Positions 26,248 through 40,762 of a DNA stretch of 64,000 nucleotides are shown here, piece by piece. A model generated the notes under the pieces. It saw only the letters and a program-made list of their open reading frames with translations, had not been told where the DNA came from and ran no database searches. A program made the translations under genes and the position numbers. Origin of the DNA: Octopus vulgaris (Eukaryota); contig OX597816.1 of the NCBI GenBank assembly GCA_951406725.2, positions 11,408,001 to 11,472,000 of the forward strand. The letters are read 5' to 3'. The stretch's first letter is position 1, and each line of letters starts with the position of its first letter.

Positions 26248-26811
26248 GTATGTGTGTATATGTTTGTGTGTCTGTGTTTGTTCCCCCAACATCGCTTGAC
26301 AACCGATGCTGGTGTGTTTACGTCCCTGTAACTTAGTGGTTCGAAAAAAGTGGCTGATAGAATAAGTTCTAGGCTTACAAAGAATAGTCCTGGGGTCGAT
26401 TTGTTCGACTAAAGGCAGTGCTCTAGCATGAGCACAGTCAAATAACGGAAACAAGTAAAGTAATCTAAAGTAAAGATGACTTTGCAAAAACATTACTTTA
26501 TGTTGAAGTACCCATGTATTTCATTTGGAACAGTAGTAATAAAGAATGGTAAAAAAGAAAGCATGGCAAAAAAGTTGAAGGCCATTTGAAGGTTTTCAAA
26601 GAAGAAACACTTGGTCATGTTTATGTTGTCAGACTGAAGGTAGGAGGACTTAAGAATTTTATTGCATGAAGTTTGAAATAGTATTTTTCCCTTTCCCACT
26701 ACGCATTGACATTTTCAACTTGGAGTCTAGGAGTGGTTGTGACCAAACGAATCATGGCAGGTACATCTAGTATATGTACATACATACATACATACATACA
26801 TACATACATAA

Positions 26812-26843
<32 letters not shown>

Positions 26844-26844
26844 T

Positions 26845-27095
26845 GCAGGGCAAGACTGCTAGGTAGTTGGCCGTATGCTAGAAATAGATCATCAACGATC
26901 AAACTACAAAGAAAATTCTCTAGAGGAAAAATTCAGCGAACACCAGAACCAAATTTGGCGGGCAGGCATCTGTCCTGCCCGCCAAATTTGGTTCTGGTGT
27001 TCGCTGAATTTTTCCTCTAGAGAATTTTCTTTGTAGTTTGATCGTTGATGATCTATTTCTAGCATACGGCCAACTACCTAGCAGTCTTGCCCTGC
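26845..27095. repeat. Perfect 122-bp-arm palindrome next to (TA)n
   Basis: Arms 26845-26966 / 26974-27095 with a 7-nt loop (catctgt). Confidence 0.9.
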
Positions 27096-27196
27096 CAATA
27101 TACACATATATTAGAATTTTCTCTGACTTCTCAGATTTTTTGCATGCTAGACTACTGGTTTTAAATTGATATTAAAATTAATATTAATTTATCTCC

Positions 27197-27247
<51 letters not shown>

Positions 27248-27334
27248 TCATCATCATCATGATCAACATCGTTTAATGTCCATCTTCCATGTATGTGTTT
27301 CTTCCCTGTCACTGTTTCACACACCACACATGTC

Positions 27335-28330
27335 ATAGGGAAATCCAGGAGCCTTAAACTTAACTTAGCAAAGACTGAATTCCTAGTAAGTAGGAAAACA
27401 GACTTATATCTTCAGAAAAATCGTCAAGCTCAACAAATAGAAAAGATGTCAGTAGAAACCCCATACAGGTTATCCAGTGCAAACTCTGGACATGTAAGAA
27501 GTGTAGTGGAACCAAAAGATGATTAACTTATTTCTTTTTTATTTTTCTAAAATTTTCATTGTGTCTTGCAATCTTTTCAATAGTTGTTACTCTTCTATTG
27601 GAAAGGTTTGCAAGATGCAACAAAAATTTAGAAAAGTAAATAAGTAAATGAGAGGAAATTTTACTGGTGAGTGTGTTAAAAGAGAATCATTCTCCCCAGA
27701 CAGAACAGAACATAGAAAATAAATTTTCTCAAAGGCACAAAAGGCATAAGATTATTTCTGTTTCTTAGGTGATCTAATTAGCAGTGGAGAAAGATGCTCT
27801 GACAGCATAGCTGCTAGAATAAGAACTGGCTGGGTAAAGTTCAGAGAGCTATTAGCTTTGTTGGTATCAAAAGACTTCAGTTTCAGCATAAAAGGGAGTT
27901 TGTATGATGCTTTTATACAGGCAGCAAGGCCACGTGGTGGTAAAACGTGGTCTCTGAATGAAGAGAATGTGCAAAGGCTTGAAATAAATAAAGTTAGAAT
28001 GCTCTAATGGATGAGCAACACAGGTGGGCAAGTACAACAGAGTCAAAATGTGCTGAGAGAAAATGTGGGCTTAAGCAGACCTAGGTATAGTGTGCAAGAG
28101 AAATGTTTGTGCTGGTATGGTCATGTGATGCAGAGGGATGAGGACAGCTATATAAAGGAAGCACTGATTGCTAAATGTGTTGGGAATCCATGGATTGAGG
28201 AAACCCAGAAAGATATGAGACACAGCAGTGAGGGAATGATGTCCAGATGATTCTCAGAGAGGATATGACAAAGGATCGAAATGAGTGGCAATTTTCTATG
28301 ATCAAGAAGACTTACCCATCTCAGTAAAAA
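27335..28330 (+). pseudogene. Degenerate RTE-clade LINE ORF2 3' region, interrupted by a palindromic MITE remnant (~27527-27710)
   Basis: KSRSLKLNLAKTEFLVS, then FCFLGDLISS..CSDSIAARIRTGWVKFRELL...KGSLYDA...TWSL...RML*W, then LCWYGHVMQRDEDSYIK. Multiple stops and frameshifts. Confidence 0.85.
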
Positions 28331-28379
28331 CGAGGACCACAAAATATATTGGGAACGATTTTGCTCCTGCCAATGCTAT

Positions 28380-28770
28380 TGTTGTTATTGTCATCATCAC
28401 CATTGTCATCATCATCATCAACAACATCATCAACATCATCATCATCACCTTCATCGTTGTCATCCTCACCATTGTCTTCTTCATCATCATCATTGTCATC
28501 TTCATCATCAGCATCACCATCCTCACCATTCTCATCATTGTCATCATCATCATCAACATCACCGTCATCATCGCCATCATCATCATTTTTGTCATCGCCA
28601 GCATCATCACCGTCATCATTTTCATCTTCATCACCAACATCACCATTATCATCACCATCAGTGTCATCACCGTCATCCTCCTCCCCTCTTCCTCTCCCCT
28701 CCTCATCCTCCCCTCCTCCACCTCCTCTTCCTCCACCACCTCCTCCTCCTCCTCATCATCATCATCACCA
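28380..28770. repeat. Degenerate (CAT)n/(CCT)n microsatellite
   Basis: Direct inspection. Confidence 0.9.
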
Positions 28771-29029
28771 AAATCATTATCATTTATACATTACACAGCT
28801 AATATGTATGCATTGTATTTATATACTTTGTGTCGTATATTATTTCAAATTATTTTCAATAATATATGAATGTATCTGAGACAAAGACCCATCAACAGCG
28901 ATATTTCACAGACATGATGTCTGTAACTAAACCAACTCGTTCTCCATTCAACAAAATGGCTAAGGGGGGAAACATTCTCATGACAATTATATTCCTTTTC
29001 TATTTTTTTTTTGTATTATTCTTCAAATT

Positions 29030-29780
<751 letters not shown>

Positions 29781-30114
29781 TACATATAAAAAGCAAAGAA
29801 AACTTAATATATACAATTGTTTCCAATAATCTCATTTTCTCAGCCAGAACTTTCTATTATTCATGAGTTATTTCCTGTTTAATTTCAAGATTCATTCATT
29901 TGAATTTTCAATGGTATTTCACAGATAAAATTCCATTTTCAGTATAAAATCGAGCAACAATTTGTGTGTATACCTACATGCATACACATATATAAATATA
30001 CATATACATACATACAAGTACATATATATATATGTATACACATACACATACACATATATATATATATATAAACACATATATATATATATAAATATATATA
30101 CATATGTATATAGA

Positions 30115-30160
<46 letters not shown>

Positions 30161-30483
30161 TCTGTGTGTGTGTCTTAAAGAGAAAATGAAGATGATTTAA
30201 TGGTTCGTCTGTGATTACCAAAATATAAAACAAATAATTTGAAATTGAGAAAGACAGAAAAGAAATTAGTGTCAAAAACAAATACTTGGAGTCGTTTATT
30301 TAAATTTATAAACTAACTTCGGTGAGTTTCTAAGTTTATTTTCAATTTTGAATAATATATGAGAAAAAGATGAATATTGATACACTTCATGGATCTGTAT
30401 TTGTGTATACATATATATACATTTATACATGTATACATATATATATATATATATATATATATCTATGTGTTTGTATGTGTGTT

Positions 30484-30522
<39 letters not shown>

Positions 30523-31144
30523 TTGTGTGTGTGTATGTATAATTATACACACTTGTAGATCCAAAGGAATTTATGAAAGTGGTTCCACTGAGAGTGTGTG
30601 GGAACACAGAAAAGGGTGTTGGGTGATATATAATTCTTTTCTACCCTAATCACAAGGCCCGAAATTTTGGGAGAGGGGCCAGTCGATTAGAACGACCTCA
30701 GTATGTAACTGGTACTTAATTTATCGACACTGAAAGGATGAAAGGCAAAGTTGACCTCTGTGGAATTTGAACTCAGAACGTGAAGCCAGACAAAATACTG
30801 CTAAGCATTTTGCCTGGTGGGTGATGTATAATTACAGCAGCAGAATAGCTAGTGCCATAGTCAGGAGAGTGATGAAGGGGTGGGTGTTAGGCGATGAGAC
30901 GTGGTGAAGAGAGACATGTCAGAGACAGACTGGGTGCAGGAGCTGTTTGTTATTCAACAGATTGGTAGATTTGAATTACTTCAGAAACTAGAGAGAGTTT
31001 GCAACTGGAAGAGCATCTAATCACAAAGAACTCTAGGTCAGCATACTCTTGTCTGATCCATACAAGCATGGAGAAGTAGACATTAAAATGAAATGGTTTG
31101 TTAAAGAATATAAAATTACGTAAAAGCTTCCTACTTCCATGTAA

Positions 31145-31553
31145 TCTATAATATAAATTGGACATGGGCGATCATTGTATTGTCTCTTGTCTTGAGGTTC
31201 TCAGCCAAACGGCTGGGTGGATTTGCATGAAAAAGGGCACACATATTGAGACAGGTGCATAGATTGGAATGCAGTTTGTATTTTTTTTCTAACCCCCATA
31301 CTTAGCGAGAAAATCGATTAAAACTTTTCTAATGAAATTTCCCCCTTTCTTCTGCCATTAAAACAAACAGTTGCTTAGGAGCTGTTTTCTGATGGGATAG
31401 AGTTGGGAAATTTTCATACAGCTGGAGGCTCCATTTGAAACAGGGGACCCGAAATGATAAGGTTGACAAACGCTGTTATAAATTATGCCTAACCGAAAAC
31501 AATCATAGCCACATCATCCAAACAGCCCGGGTGAAACCGGGCTTAGTTGCTAG
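31145..31553 (+). mobile_element. Non-autonomous Helitron, 409 bp (copy 2)
   Basis: A|TCTATAATAT ... agcccgg-gtgaaa-ccgggct ... CTAG|T. Confidence 0.88.
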
Positions 31554-32056
31554 TTTACATATAGTCTTTTCTCTCTGTAAAGTTTTCAGAACTGAAGAAA
31601 TCTATGGACCATAAACAGAGACACACTAAGATGTAGAATTTTGATTGAAGTTTTGAGATGGCAAATTATCATTAACATAGACTGATTCAAGAAGTGTACT
31701 TAGGTAGAAACATTTGAATGTCAGAAGAAATGTTTTGCTGTATATACTGCCTGGCTCTTTATACTCTGAGTTCAAATATGACTGAAATCAGTTTTGTCCC
31801 ACATTCTTTTGAGGATTGATAAAATAAAGTATCAGTCAACTAATGGGGTTGATGGAATTGGTGGATCTATACTGGATTAACAACAAGCAAATGAGTGTTA
31901 CAGTTCTCTGAAGATTTGATAATGTAACTGGATTATATATGATAACTTACATTATGTAATGAATAATCATTATTTATTAATGAAACTTATGTAAAACGAT
32001 GTGATTAACTATTCTACAAACACCAATTTTGATCTTGTTTTCAAAAGCAAATACAA

Positions 32057-32105
<49 letters not shown>

Positions 32106-32109
32106 TATA

Positions 32110-32988
32110 TATAATAATATAGGGTGAAATTAATTAATTTGGAATAATCATTAATTTCACCAAGTAGATTTCGGCATGTAAAAGCCCCATTCAAGGAAGG
32201 TTTAAGTAATACTAAGTAATTAAGGGTTTAGCAACGATTTGCCTCACCACACACAGAATTTAGAAATAGCCGTCAAAGAGTTATGGCTATTCTTTCTACT
32301 TAAAAGGGAGATCCCAGTAAAACCACAGCACTTAAAAAGGCAAACAACGCAGGCAAAAGAGAAAGAAATGACGACAATCATTCTATATTAAGTCACCTAC
32401 GGACGTACATTTCGAAATTAAGTCATAGGAAAGCATAAAAGTGAAATAATTATGTCTTACCCAACTGTTTTTCTCTTCAGCGTAGGACTCTTCAATTATA
32501 AATAATTGCGCCTCAACTATTAATAATTGTGTATTAAATTTGAAGGCACTAGAAGACATCACTTCAACTCATGGTATCAGAGCGAGCATAGGTACTGGTA
32601 ATGGCTTACGATCGCTCTGATACGATGAGTTGAGGTGATGTCTTCTAGTGCCTTCAAATTTAATACACAATTATTAATAGTTGAGGCGCAATTATTTATA
32701 ATTGAAGAGTCCTACGCTGAAGAGAAAAATAGTTGGGTAAGACATAATTATTTAACTTTTATGCTTTCCTATGACTTAATTTCGAAACGTACGTCCGTAG
32801 GTGACTTAATATAGAATGATTGTTGTCATTTCTTTCTCTTTTGCCTGCGTTGTTTGCCTTTTTAAGTGCTGTGGTTTTACTGGGATCTCCCTTTTAAGTA
32901 GAAAGAATAGCCATAACTCTTTGACTACTATTTCTAAATTCGGTGTGTGGTGAGGCAAATCGTTGCTAAACCCTTAATTACTTAGTAT
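32110..32988. mobile_element. Large fold-back PLE-type insertion (family C) in (TA)n
   Basis: ~377-bp near-perfect arms (32209-32585 / 32612-32988) with a 26-nt loop and an ~100-bp extra tail on the left. Confidence 0.85.
32711..32801 (+). ncRNA. Type I hammerhead ribozyme with a long stem II (mirror copy on - at 32396-32486)
   Basis: cctacg-CTGAAGA-gaaa...tttc-GAAAC-gtac-GTC-cgtagg. Perfect 6-bp stem I, canonical GUC triplet, palindromic stem III (acgtacgt). Confidence 0.85.
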
Positions 32989-33129
32989 ATATATATATAT
33001 ATTCACACACACACACACACAGGTACACACACACATGCAAACAAACATATATATATATATATATATATATATAACGTCCAACCCATGCTAGCAGGGAAAA
33101 TGGACGTTAAACGATGATGATGATGATGA

Positions 33130-33172
<43 letters not shown>

Positions 33173-33204
33173 TACACATAATATACGCACACACACACAC
33201 ACAC

Positions 33205-33241
<37 letters not shown>

Positions 33242-33725
33242 CGATAGGCTATTTTCAGTTTCTGCCTACCAAATCCACTCACAAGGCATTGGTCAGCCCA
33301 AGGCCATAGCAGAGAACACTTGCCCCAGGTGTCACACAACGGGATTGAACCCAGAACCATGTGGTTGTGTAGCAAGCTTCTTACCACACAGCCACTAACC
33401 TTAGTCCTATTAACTAATCCTTTCCACGAAAAACTATTGTAATTTAGCAGTCGAAGAAAATGGAATCTTAACCAGTCGAAGTTTCATTTCTTTAATTACA
33501 TTTTCAATTTATTTTATGTTTTAATTCGGTTTCAATTAATTTCCTTACATATTTTACATTTTCATTACATTTTCATTATTTAGCTTTCTGTATATTTCTA
33601 TTTTTATTTATTTATTTATTTCCGTGTTTTGTGTATTTTGTATTCTGAGAGACATTCTGAGTTCCATGTAATCTAGGTGGAGATTTTACATTTGTCATGT
33701 TAAGTATTAGTGGATAAACATATGT

Positions 33726-33760
<35 letters not shown>

Positions 33761-33870
33761 TGTATGTATGTATGTATATACATATACATATGTATGTATG
33801 TATATATATATATATACATATATATATACATATAGACACACACACATATATATGCATATACATATATCTT

Positions 33871-33903
<33 letters not shown>

Positions 33904-34061
33904 TACACACATATATCTTTGTATATATGTATATATCATTCTCTCCCTATTAATATACATACACTCTAACTTACATATATAGGTTTGTATCTTAATTATG
34001 GTTTATGTGAAGACCATTTGTTTCCAGGAAATAAATCAATTGTGTATGATACTCATGATGC

Positions 34062-34102
<41 letters not shown>

Positions 34103-34278
34103 GCAGCAACAACAACAACAATAATAGTAATAACTATAACAACAATGGGAAAACATAAACTATGTTTTTTTTTTTTGAAATTTTTATTTTTGCAGTACCA
34201 AAATACCACAAGCTTGTAGCAAAACAATGTACAAATAAATAAACAATATACACACATACACATACATGCATACATACG

Positions 34279-34328
<50 letters not shown>

Positions 34329-35054
34329 CATATATATATACATATACATATATATATGTATATATATATATGTATGTATATGTATATATATATGTATGTA
34401 TATGTATATGTATATATATGTGCATGTGTTTGTATATATATATATTGATAAATAAGAGATAAACTATATGGGTTCAGTGTAGTGTGTTTTTCCAGAAACA
34501 ATGATAGCAGTGTTTGTAATGTAATGAAATAAACAGTTGGATCTTTACACGTTTCAGTTTGTTGACAGGCTCGGATGAAAGCATAGAGAAACGGAACAAA
34601 GTGAACAAAACAAGCTACACTCGGTTGTTTAGTCTTTTGTTGCTTTGTAATTAATCACAGATTCATTGCGAACGAGGGGGGAAAGCGAAGATTTACAAGG
34701 AATGAAATAAATTAAGGGGAAAAATAGCAGATGTACTGAATGCACTTTGTGAAAATAAATAAAGTATATATAAAAGAAAATCCTTCTATTATTTAGATTT
34801 GCCCTTGAGTTGGAGAAAGGAAAGAAAAATTTAGTTCTAGCAGTAATGAATGTTCATAAATAAAATGCAAATTAATTTCCAGAAATTAAAAATTAATTTC
34901 TTGAAATTTAATTTACAGGATTAGGAAATAACATCTGATATTTTTTTTCATTTTGTTTCATAGGCAAGGTGCAGCACCAAGGACATGTTTCAAACTAAAT
35001 GACCTCGTTAGCATACTGCAATCTGGTGGAGTTTGCCTCATCAGTTTATCCTTA

Positions 35055-35256
35055 ATTTGTTTCTGTCATTAGACTGCAGCCATGCTGGGGCACCACCTTG
35101 AGGAATATTTAGTTGAACCAATCAAACTCAATACTTATTTTCTTTTTAAGACTGGCACATATTTTATAGGAATATAAACACACCAACACCTGTTGTCATG
35201 CAGGGAGGGTGGGAGGCAAACACAGACATAATAACACAAACAAACACACACACAGG

Positions 35257-35306
<50 letters not shown>

Positions 35307-35480
35307 ATATATATGATGGGCTTCATTCAGTTTCCATCTACCAAATCCACTCACAAGGCTTTGGTTGGCCAAGGCTAAAAAGTACAAAACATGTGACCAA
35401 GGTGACATGCAGTTAGATGGAACCTGGGACCATGTGGCTGGGAAACAAACCTCTTACCACACCACCACATCTGTGCCTGT
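35055..35480 (-). mobile_element. SINE family 1 copy (further copies ~33180-33396, 36115-36545, 38020-38322)
   Basis: Homology to 829-1236. Confidence 0.75.
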
Positions 35481-35664
35481 ACTGGCCAAGCTGGTGTGAC
35501 ATTAAGAAGTTCAATTCCCAACCATGTGATTGCAGGTTCAGTCCCATTGTATGACACCTTGGACTAGTGTTTTCTTCTACAGATCCAGATTGACCAAAAT
35601 AGTCTGTTTCACACTCACACACAGACACACACACATATATATATACATACATACATGTATATAC

Positions 35665-35855
35665 AGGGGGAGAATTCACAAAAAATAGAAGACAGGTGGT
35701 GTAGATAACAAACAGATGTATTAGTTTAATGCTCAGGAAGTCTTCTTCAAAGTCTTTAACATTTCGAGCCTACGCTCTTCTACAGATAGGTACACAGAAA
35801 GAAACGAGGAGAGATAATAAAGAATGTGTAGTAGCTAGCGATATATCATGGCGAA
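35665..35855 (-). mobile_element. TA-adjacent dispersed element with an HHR-like variant; truncated copy at ~44825-44922 (+)
   Basis: Shares aatacatctgtttgtt..tctacaccacctgtcttc..gaa(t/c)tctccc with 44825-44922. Confidence 0.55.
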
Positions 35856-36963
35856 TTATGTTAAACTGTTGTATGTCCAACTTGAGCCAAATACGTTTTT
35901 TTCCAAGATTTATTTTTGCTTGCAATAGTCAGTTCTTTTGGCCAAACTATTGTATCTCCAGTTGCTTCAGATGCCAAGATATCAAAACTTGGCAAAATGT
36001 AGTAAAATGGATTTGCTATGGGATGGTGAAATTATTTTCTCATTATCTAAAGAAGTAACGTTTCGGACTAACAAAATTTTGCATAATAACAAAGATATAT
36101 TTTAATTGATTCTATAATTTGACTGCAACCCTGCTGGGGCCCCACCTTTAAGGGTTTAGTTGAGCTATGGACCCCAGAACTCATTCTTTTTAAGCTTAGT
36201 ACTTATTCTATTGACCCCTTTTACCAACCACTAAATTATGAGGATGTAAACAAACCATCTCCATTTGTTAAGCACTAATGTAAGACAAGCACTTTCACAA
36301 AAACAAACACACACAAATATATACATATATATAAATATATACATATACATATATATATATATGCATATATATACATATATATATATGGGCTTCTTTCGGT
36401 TTCTGTCTACCAAATCCACTCGCAAGCCTTTGGCCATCCCAGGTTTATGGTAGAAGACCCTTGCCTAAGGTCCCGCACAATGAGACTGAACCTGGATCCA
36501 TGTGTTTAGGATGCAAAATCCTTAACACACAGCCATGCCTGCACCTGTATGCACACACACACACAGATATATTAACGAACATTTGCACCCAAAGAATTCC
36601 TGCTATAATCCGTAAACCTCACAGACCTGGGCCCTATATCTAAATTTACCCTCCACCTGGGCTCCTAAACAAAAAGTAAATACTTGTATATACAGCTTAA
36701 GAACGAAGATTGCAGGCAAACCAATGAATAGAATCGGTTCCGTCTTCTTTTCCTACATGTAATGTTCACTACCATTTTTCTCAGAGTCTGGCAGAGACGT
36801 GATTCAAGCTATACCCCATTATAGCTGCAACACAGAACAGCAGGGTTAACTGCAAAACAACATTTCCGAAATATAAACCAGATGATTTACTGTAAAATTT
36901 GTAATTTTCATATGACCTCTTAATACTGTTAACTAGCAGCTAACTCTATTCAAATATGTGCAG

Positions 36964-37004
<41 letters not shown>

Positions 37005-37974
37005 TGTGTGTACACTAAAATGTGTGAGTATTTGTGTGTGTTTACATCTGTAAGGATATTTGAATTGGCAAATAAATAGATTGGGAGATTGAATGAGAAA
37101 AATAAAATAAATTGAAATGAAATAAAACCAGTAAAACTCTCTGACATTTGCTAGTATATATAGTCTGTAGAAAATTCTGGAACAAATCTAATTATTTGTT
37201 TAAATATTGATTTCAATAATGTAGCACTGATAGGAATAATTTCCCGTTAATTAAAATATAAAAGAATTTTTTTTTTCCAATTTGTTTGCAACAAAACTCA
37301 AAGAGAAGTGAGAAAGCATTCATCGTTATTATTATGGCTTGTGTTTAGAAATGTTGGTGAAATTAACTACATTCAGATATTGGTTGCTTGTGTACATCTC
37401 ATGTAGCAAAGGTTATTAATTTACAAACTGTAATAGTGATTATTAGTCAAAGATCTTTTGTTGTTTCATAGGAATATTTCTTCATTATTGCTTTCATCAA
37501 TTGTTCTCTGCTTTTTACCAATGATAAGAAAAGGGAAATTTTGATTTTGATTTCGTGTAATTATTATTTTTTCCTAGATTTAAAGAGAGTTATAAATGAG
37601 CTTATAAACAGATATGGAGAATTCAATATTGGTAAATTAATATTCCTATTGGGCTGGATGTAGTGGTGCTGGCGACCACGGTGGAAAAATATTGGTTTCA
37701 AATTTTGCCACAAGGCCAGCAAGTTCAGGGGAGAGTCTAGTTGATTTCACTGATTCCAGTGCTCAAACAGTACTCATTTTATTGATCCTGAAAGAATGAA
37801 AGATTTTATCAACCCTGAAACTATAAAAAGCAGAGTTTACCTTGATAGGATTTGAACTCCTAACGAAGAGCTGGAAGTAATGTCACTAAGCATTTTGTCA
37901 GATGTGCAAAAGATCCTACCAAGACACCATCTTAATGACTGGTCCCGTTTTATACTAGAATTGTTCCAAATGGG

Positions 37975-38016
<42 letters not shown>

Positions 38017-39194
38017 ATTGAAATCCACTCACAAGGCTTTGGTCAGCCTGAAGCCATAGTAGAAGGCACTTGCCCAAGGTGCATGCAGTAGGACTGAACC
38101 CAGAACCATGTGGTTGGTAAGCAAGCTACTTATCACACAGCCACTTTTGCACCTATAATATATACAACAGGCTTCTTTCACTTTCCGTCTACCAAATCCA
38201 CTCACAAGGCTTTGGTCAGCCCGAAGCTGTAGTAGAAGGCACTTGCTCAAGGTGCCATGCAGTAGGACTGAACCCAGAACCATGTGATTAATAAGCAAGC
38301 TACTTATCACACAGCCACTCCTGGTCACATTCTTTTTTATGGCACAAGCCATAATGAAGTTGCCATGTAACTCACTAGATAAAATACACCTTTACCTGAA
38401 GGTAGGTATAATAGAGAAAAAGTGAGTTTTATGCTTATACAACAAGTTTCTTTCAGTTTCCATCTACTAAGTTTTGGTTGGCCCAAGGCTATAGTAGAAA
38501 ACACTTGACCAAGGTACTATGAGGTTGATAAGCAAGCTACAAACCACACGGCCACCCCTCTGCCTTCAGACTTCAGTTCAAGCACTTTTAATGGTCAACA
38601 TATTGAACCAAGAGTGATAAGATAAATAGCAGTAGCATTCCAAGTACACAAAATATAGTAACATGCAGCATGCCCAGTGCTAGCTTAACCATTATGCAAA
38701 ATAAGGATATGCTTAGGGTATCAAGGGAAGTGGGGCACCACAGGAATGGTAAATAGTTTACAGTACAAAAGAAATCACTTTCAACTTGCTAGAATAATAT
38801 CTGGGATGCTGTATCTCTACTGAGTAGAGAAGCAGGATTTGATAAAACTTTGCAATTAAAAAAATGTAGGAGAAAATTTTTCAAATACGAATAGTGAAAA
38901 TATACAAATATTAACTTTATTTTCAATTTTACTGTTAGAAATCATGTGATATAAATAATATCCTGCTGACAGTTTGCATAACAGGAAAAGTTGTAATATA
39001 TACAACAATTATGCAGGTTTATGTAGAGTTAGATTTTGAAGTATTCAAAACCTCCCGAGTATTGTATACATTTTTCAGTGTTTCCTCTGAAAGTGTTGAC
39101 TCTCATCAATATACATACACGATTATACATATATGTGTTTGTGACTGTGTGAGTATCTATATATATATCATCATATATATCATTATTATTATTA

Positions 39195-39255
<61 letters not shown>

Positions 39256-39656
39256 GTATGCATATGTATGTATGTATGTATATATATATGCATAATTACT
39301 TAAATATATTCATATGTATGTATATATATATATATATATATATACATAATTACTTGAATATATTCATATATACATGGAAAGATATATGCATATTTGCATG
39401 TATATGTGTGTATAATTGGATATAGAGACACTGTCAAGCTAAATAAAAATTACATATTTATATTATATCATTCCCCAGTAACCTGTATGACATGCATATG
39501 TACATGCATAATGTATGTGTATGCACACACACACACACACACGCTAATGCATGTAAGAAGATAGTACATGTGTGTTTGTATGTGTATCTCATCATTATCA
39601 TCATCACCTTCCATGCTGGCATGTGTGGGACAGCATCTGTGTATGCTATATAAGTG

Positions 39657-39709
<53 letters not shown>

Positions 39710-39914
39710 TGTACATATATATATAATACACAAACATATTTTTATACACACATATATATACATTATATATATATATATACAGAAAATATATGTATACACA
39801 TATATATATATACACCAACCCATGCTAGCATGGAAATCGGACGTTAAATGATGATGATGAGGATGATGACACACACACACACATACATAATACACACATA
39901 CACACACACACGTA

Positions 39915-40083
39915 TAAAATATAAATTAGAGACAAAACCACTATTATGCAACTCAAACATTGATAGAAATAAACCAATACATAAATAACAAATAATATAT
40001 ATTTTTATAAAACATATAACTTATAACTAGATCTCAAAAAGTATAAAAATGAATGATCAATATACAATATATTAATTAAAATA

Positions 40084-40085
<2 letters not shown>
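39915..40085 (-). mobile_element. Fragment of PLE-type family A
   Basis: aattagagacaaaaccactatt...ccaatacataa signature. Confidence 0.6.
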
Positions 40086-40118
<33 letters not shown>

Positions 40119-40119
<1 letters not shown>

Positions 40120-40518
40120 TGTTGTGCCTGGGGAGAGTCATTTTCTTGTTGGTGTCTTAATAATTTAACAAACTTCTATCTACACGCTCACCACAAAAGA
40201 ACTACACACTCATTCATATACATAGACATTAAGGAATTTATATCGTGTACAGATGTAAAATATAATGATTTAAATCATTATACATCTTGTTCATTTTGAA
40301 ACCTAAAGGGTCTCTATATGTAACGGCCTGAGACAAATGAGTGATGTATCTTCTCTATATAATAACGTGTTACTGCTGTTATATTTAGCCACATCTCTGA
40401 TGTTTAGCCTACACCAGACCTGTTTTCTTCTATGAAAATATATATTATATCCAGCGGTTTGGGCCCTTATGTTAAATTATAAGGTACAAAAAGAAAATGA
40501 CTCTCCACAGACTAACAG
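40119..40518. mobile_element. MITE with ~50-bp imperfect TIRs
   Basis: ctgttgtgcctggggagagtcattttctt...taatttaac / gttaaattata...aagaaaatgactctccacagactaacag. Confidence 0.7.
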
Positions 40519-40593
40519 AATATGCTTCAATATACGAACTCACATAAAGAATCTTGCAAACCAAATCCCAAAACGAAATATATATATATATAT

Positions 40594-40749
40594 AAATGGT
40601 AAGACAACAAAAGAATGAAAGAGACCTCGATATTATGTAAATAGAGGAATTTATCTGTAAATGTAATATGTGACTATTATTCAGTAGCCATGATAAAACT
40701 CAGAGTTTTATCATGGCTCCTGAATAATAGTCACATATTACATTTACAG
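40594..40749. mobile_element. Short fold-back insertion in (TA)n (47-bp arms plus left tail)
   Basis: Arms 40655-40701 / 40703-40749. Same architecture as the HHR-bearing palindromes, but no core is visible. Confidence 0.65.
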
Positions 40750-40762
40750 TTATATATATATA

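Larger units (their letters stand above)
25470..26460 (+). mobile_element. SINE family 1 split by a PLE-type insertion in its internal (TA)n
   Basis: Head at 25470-25636 and tail at ~26265-26460. Confidence 0.8.

Noticed and set aside
34500-34720. Unique segment with several AACAAA/TTTGT (Sox-like) motifs as an enhancer
   Set aside because: Such short motifs are expected by chance in AT-rich DNA, and I have no conservation data.
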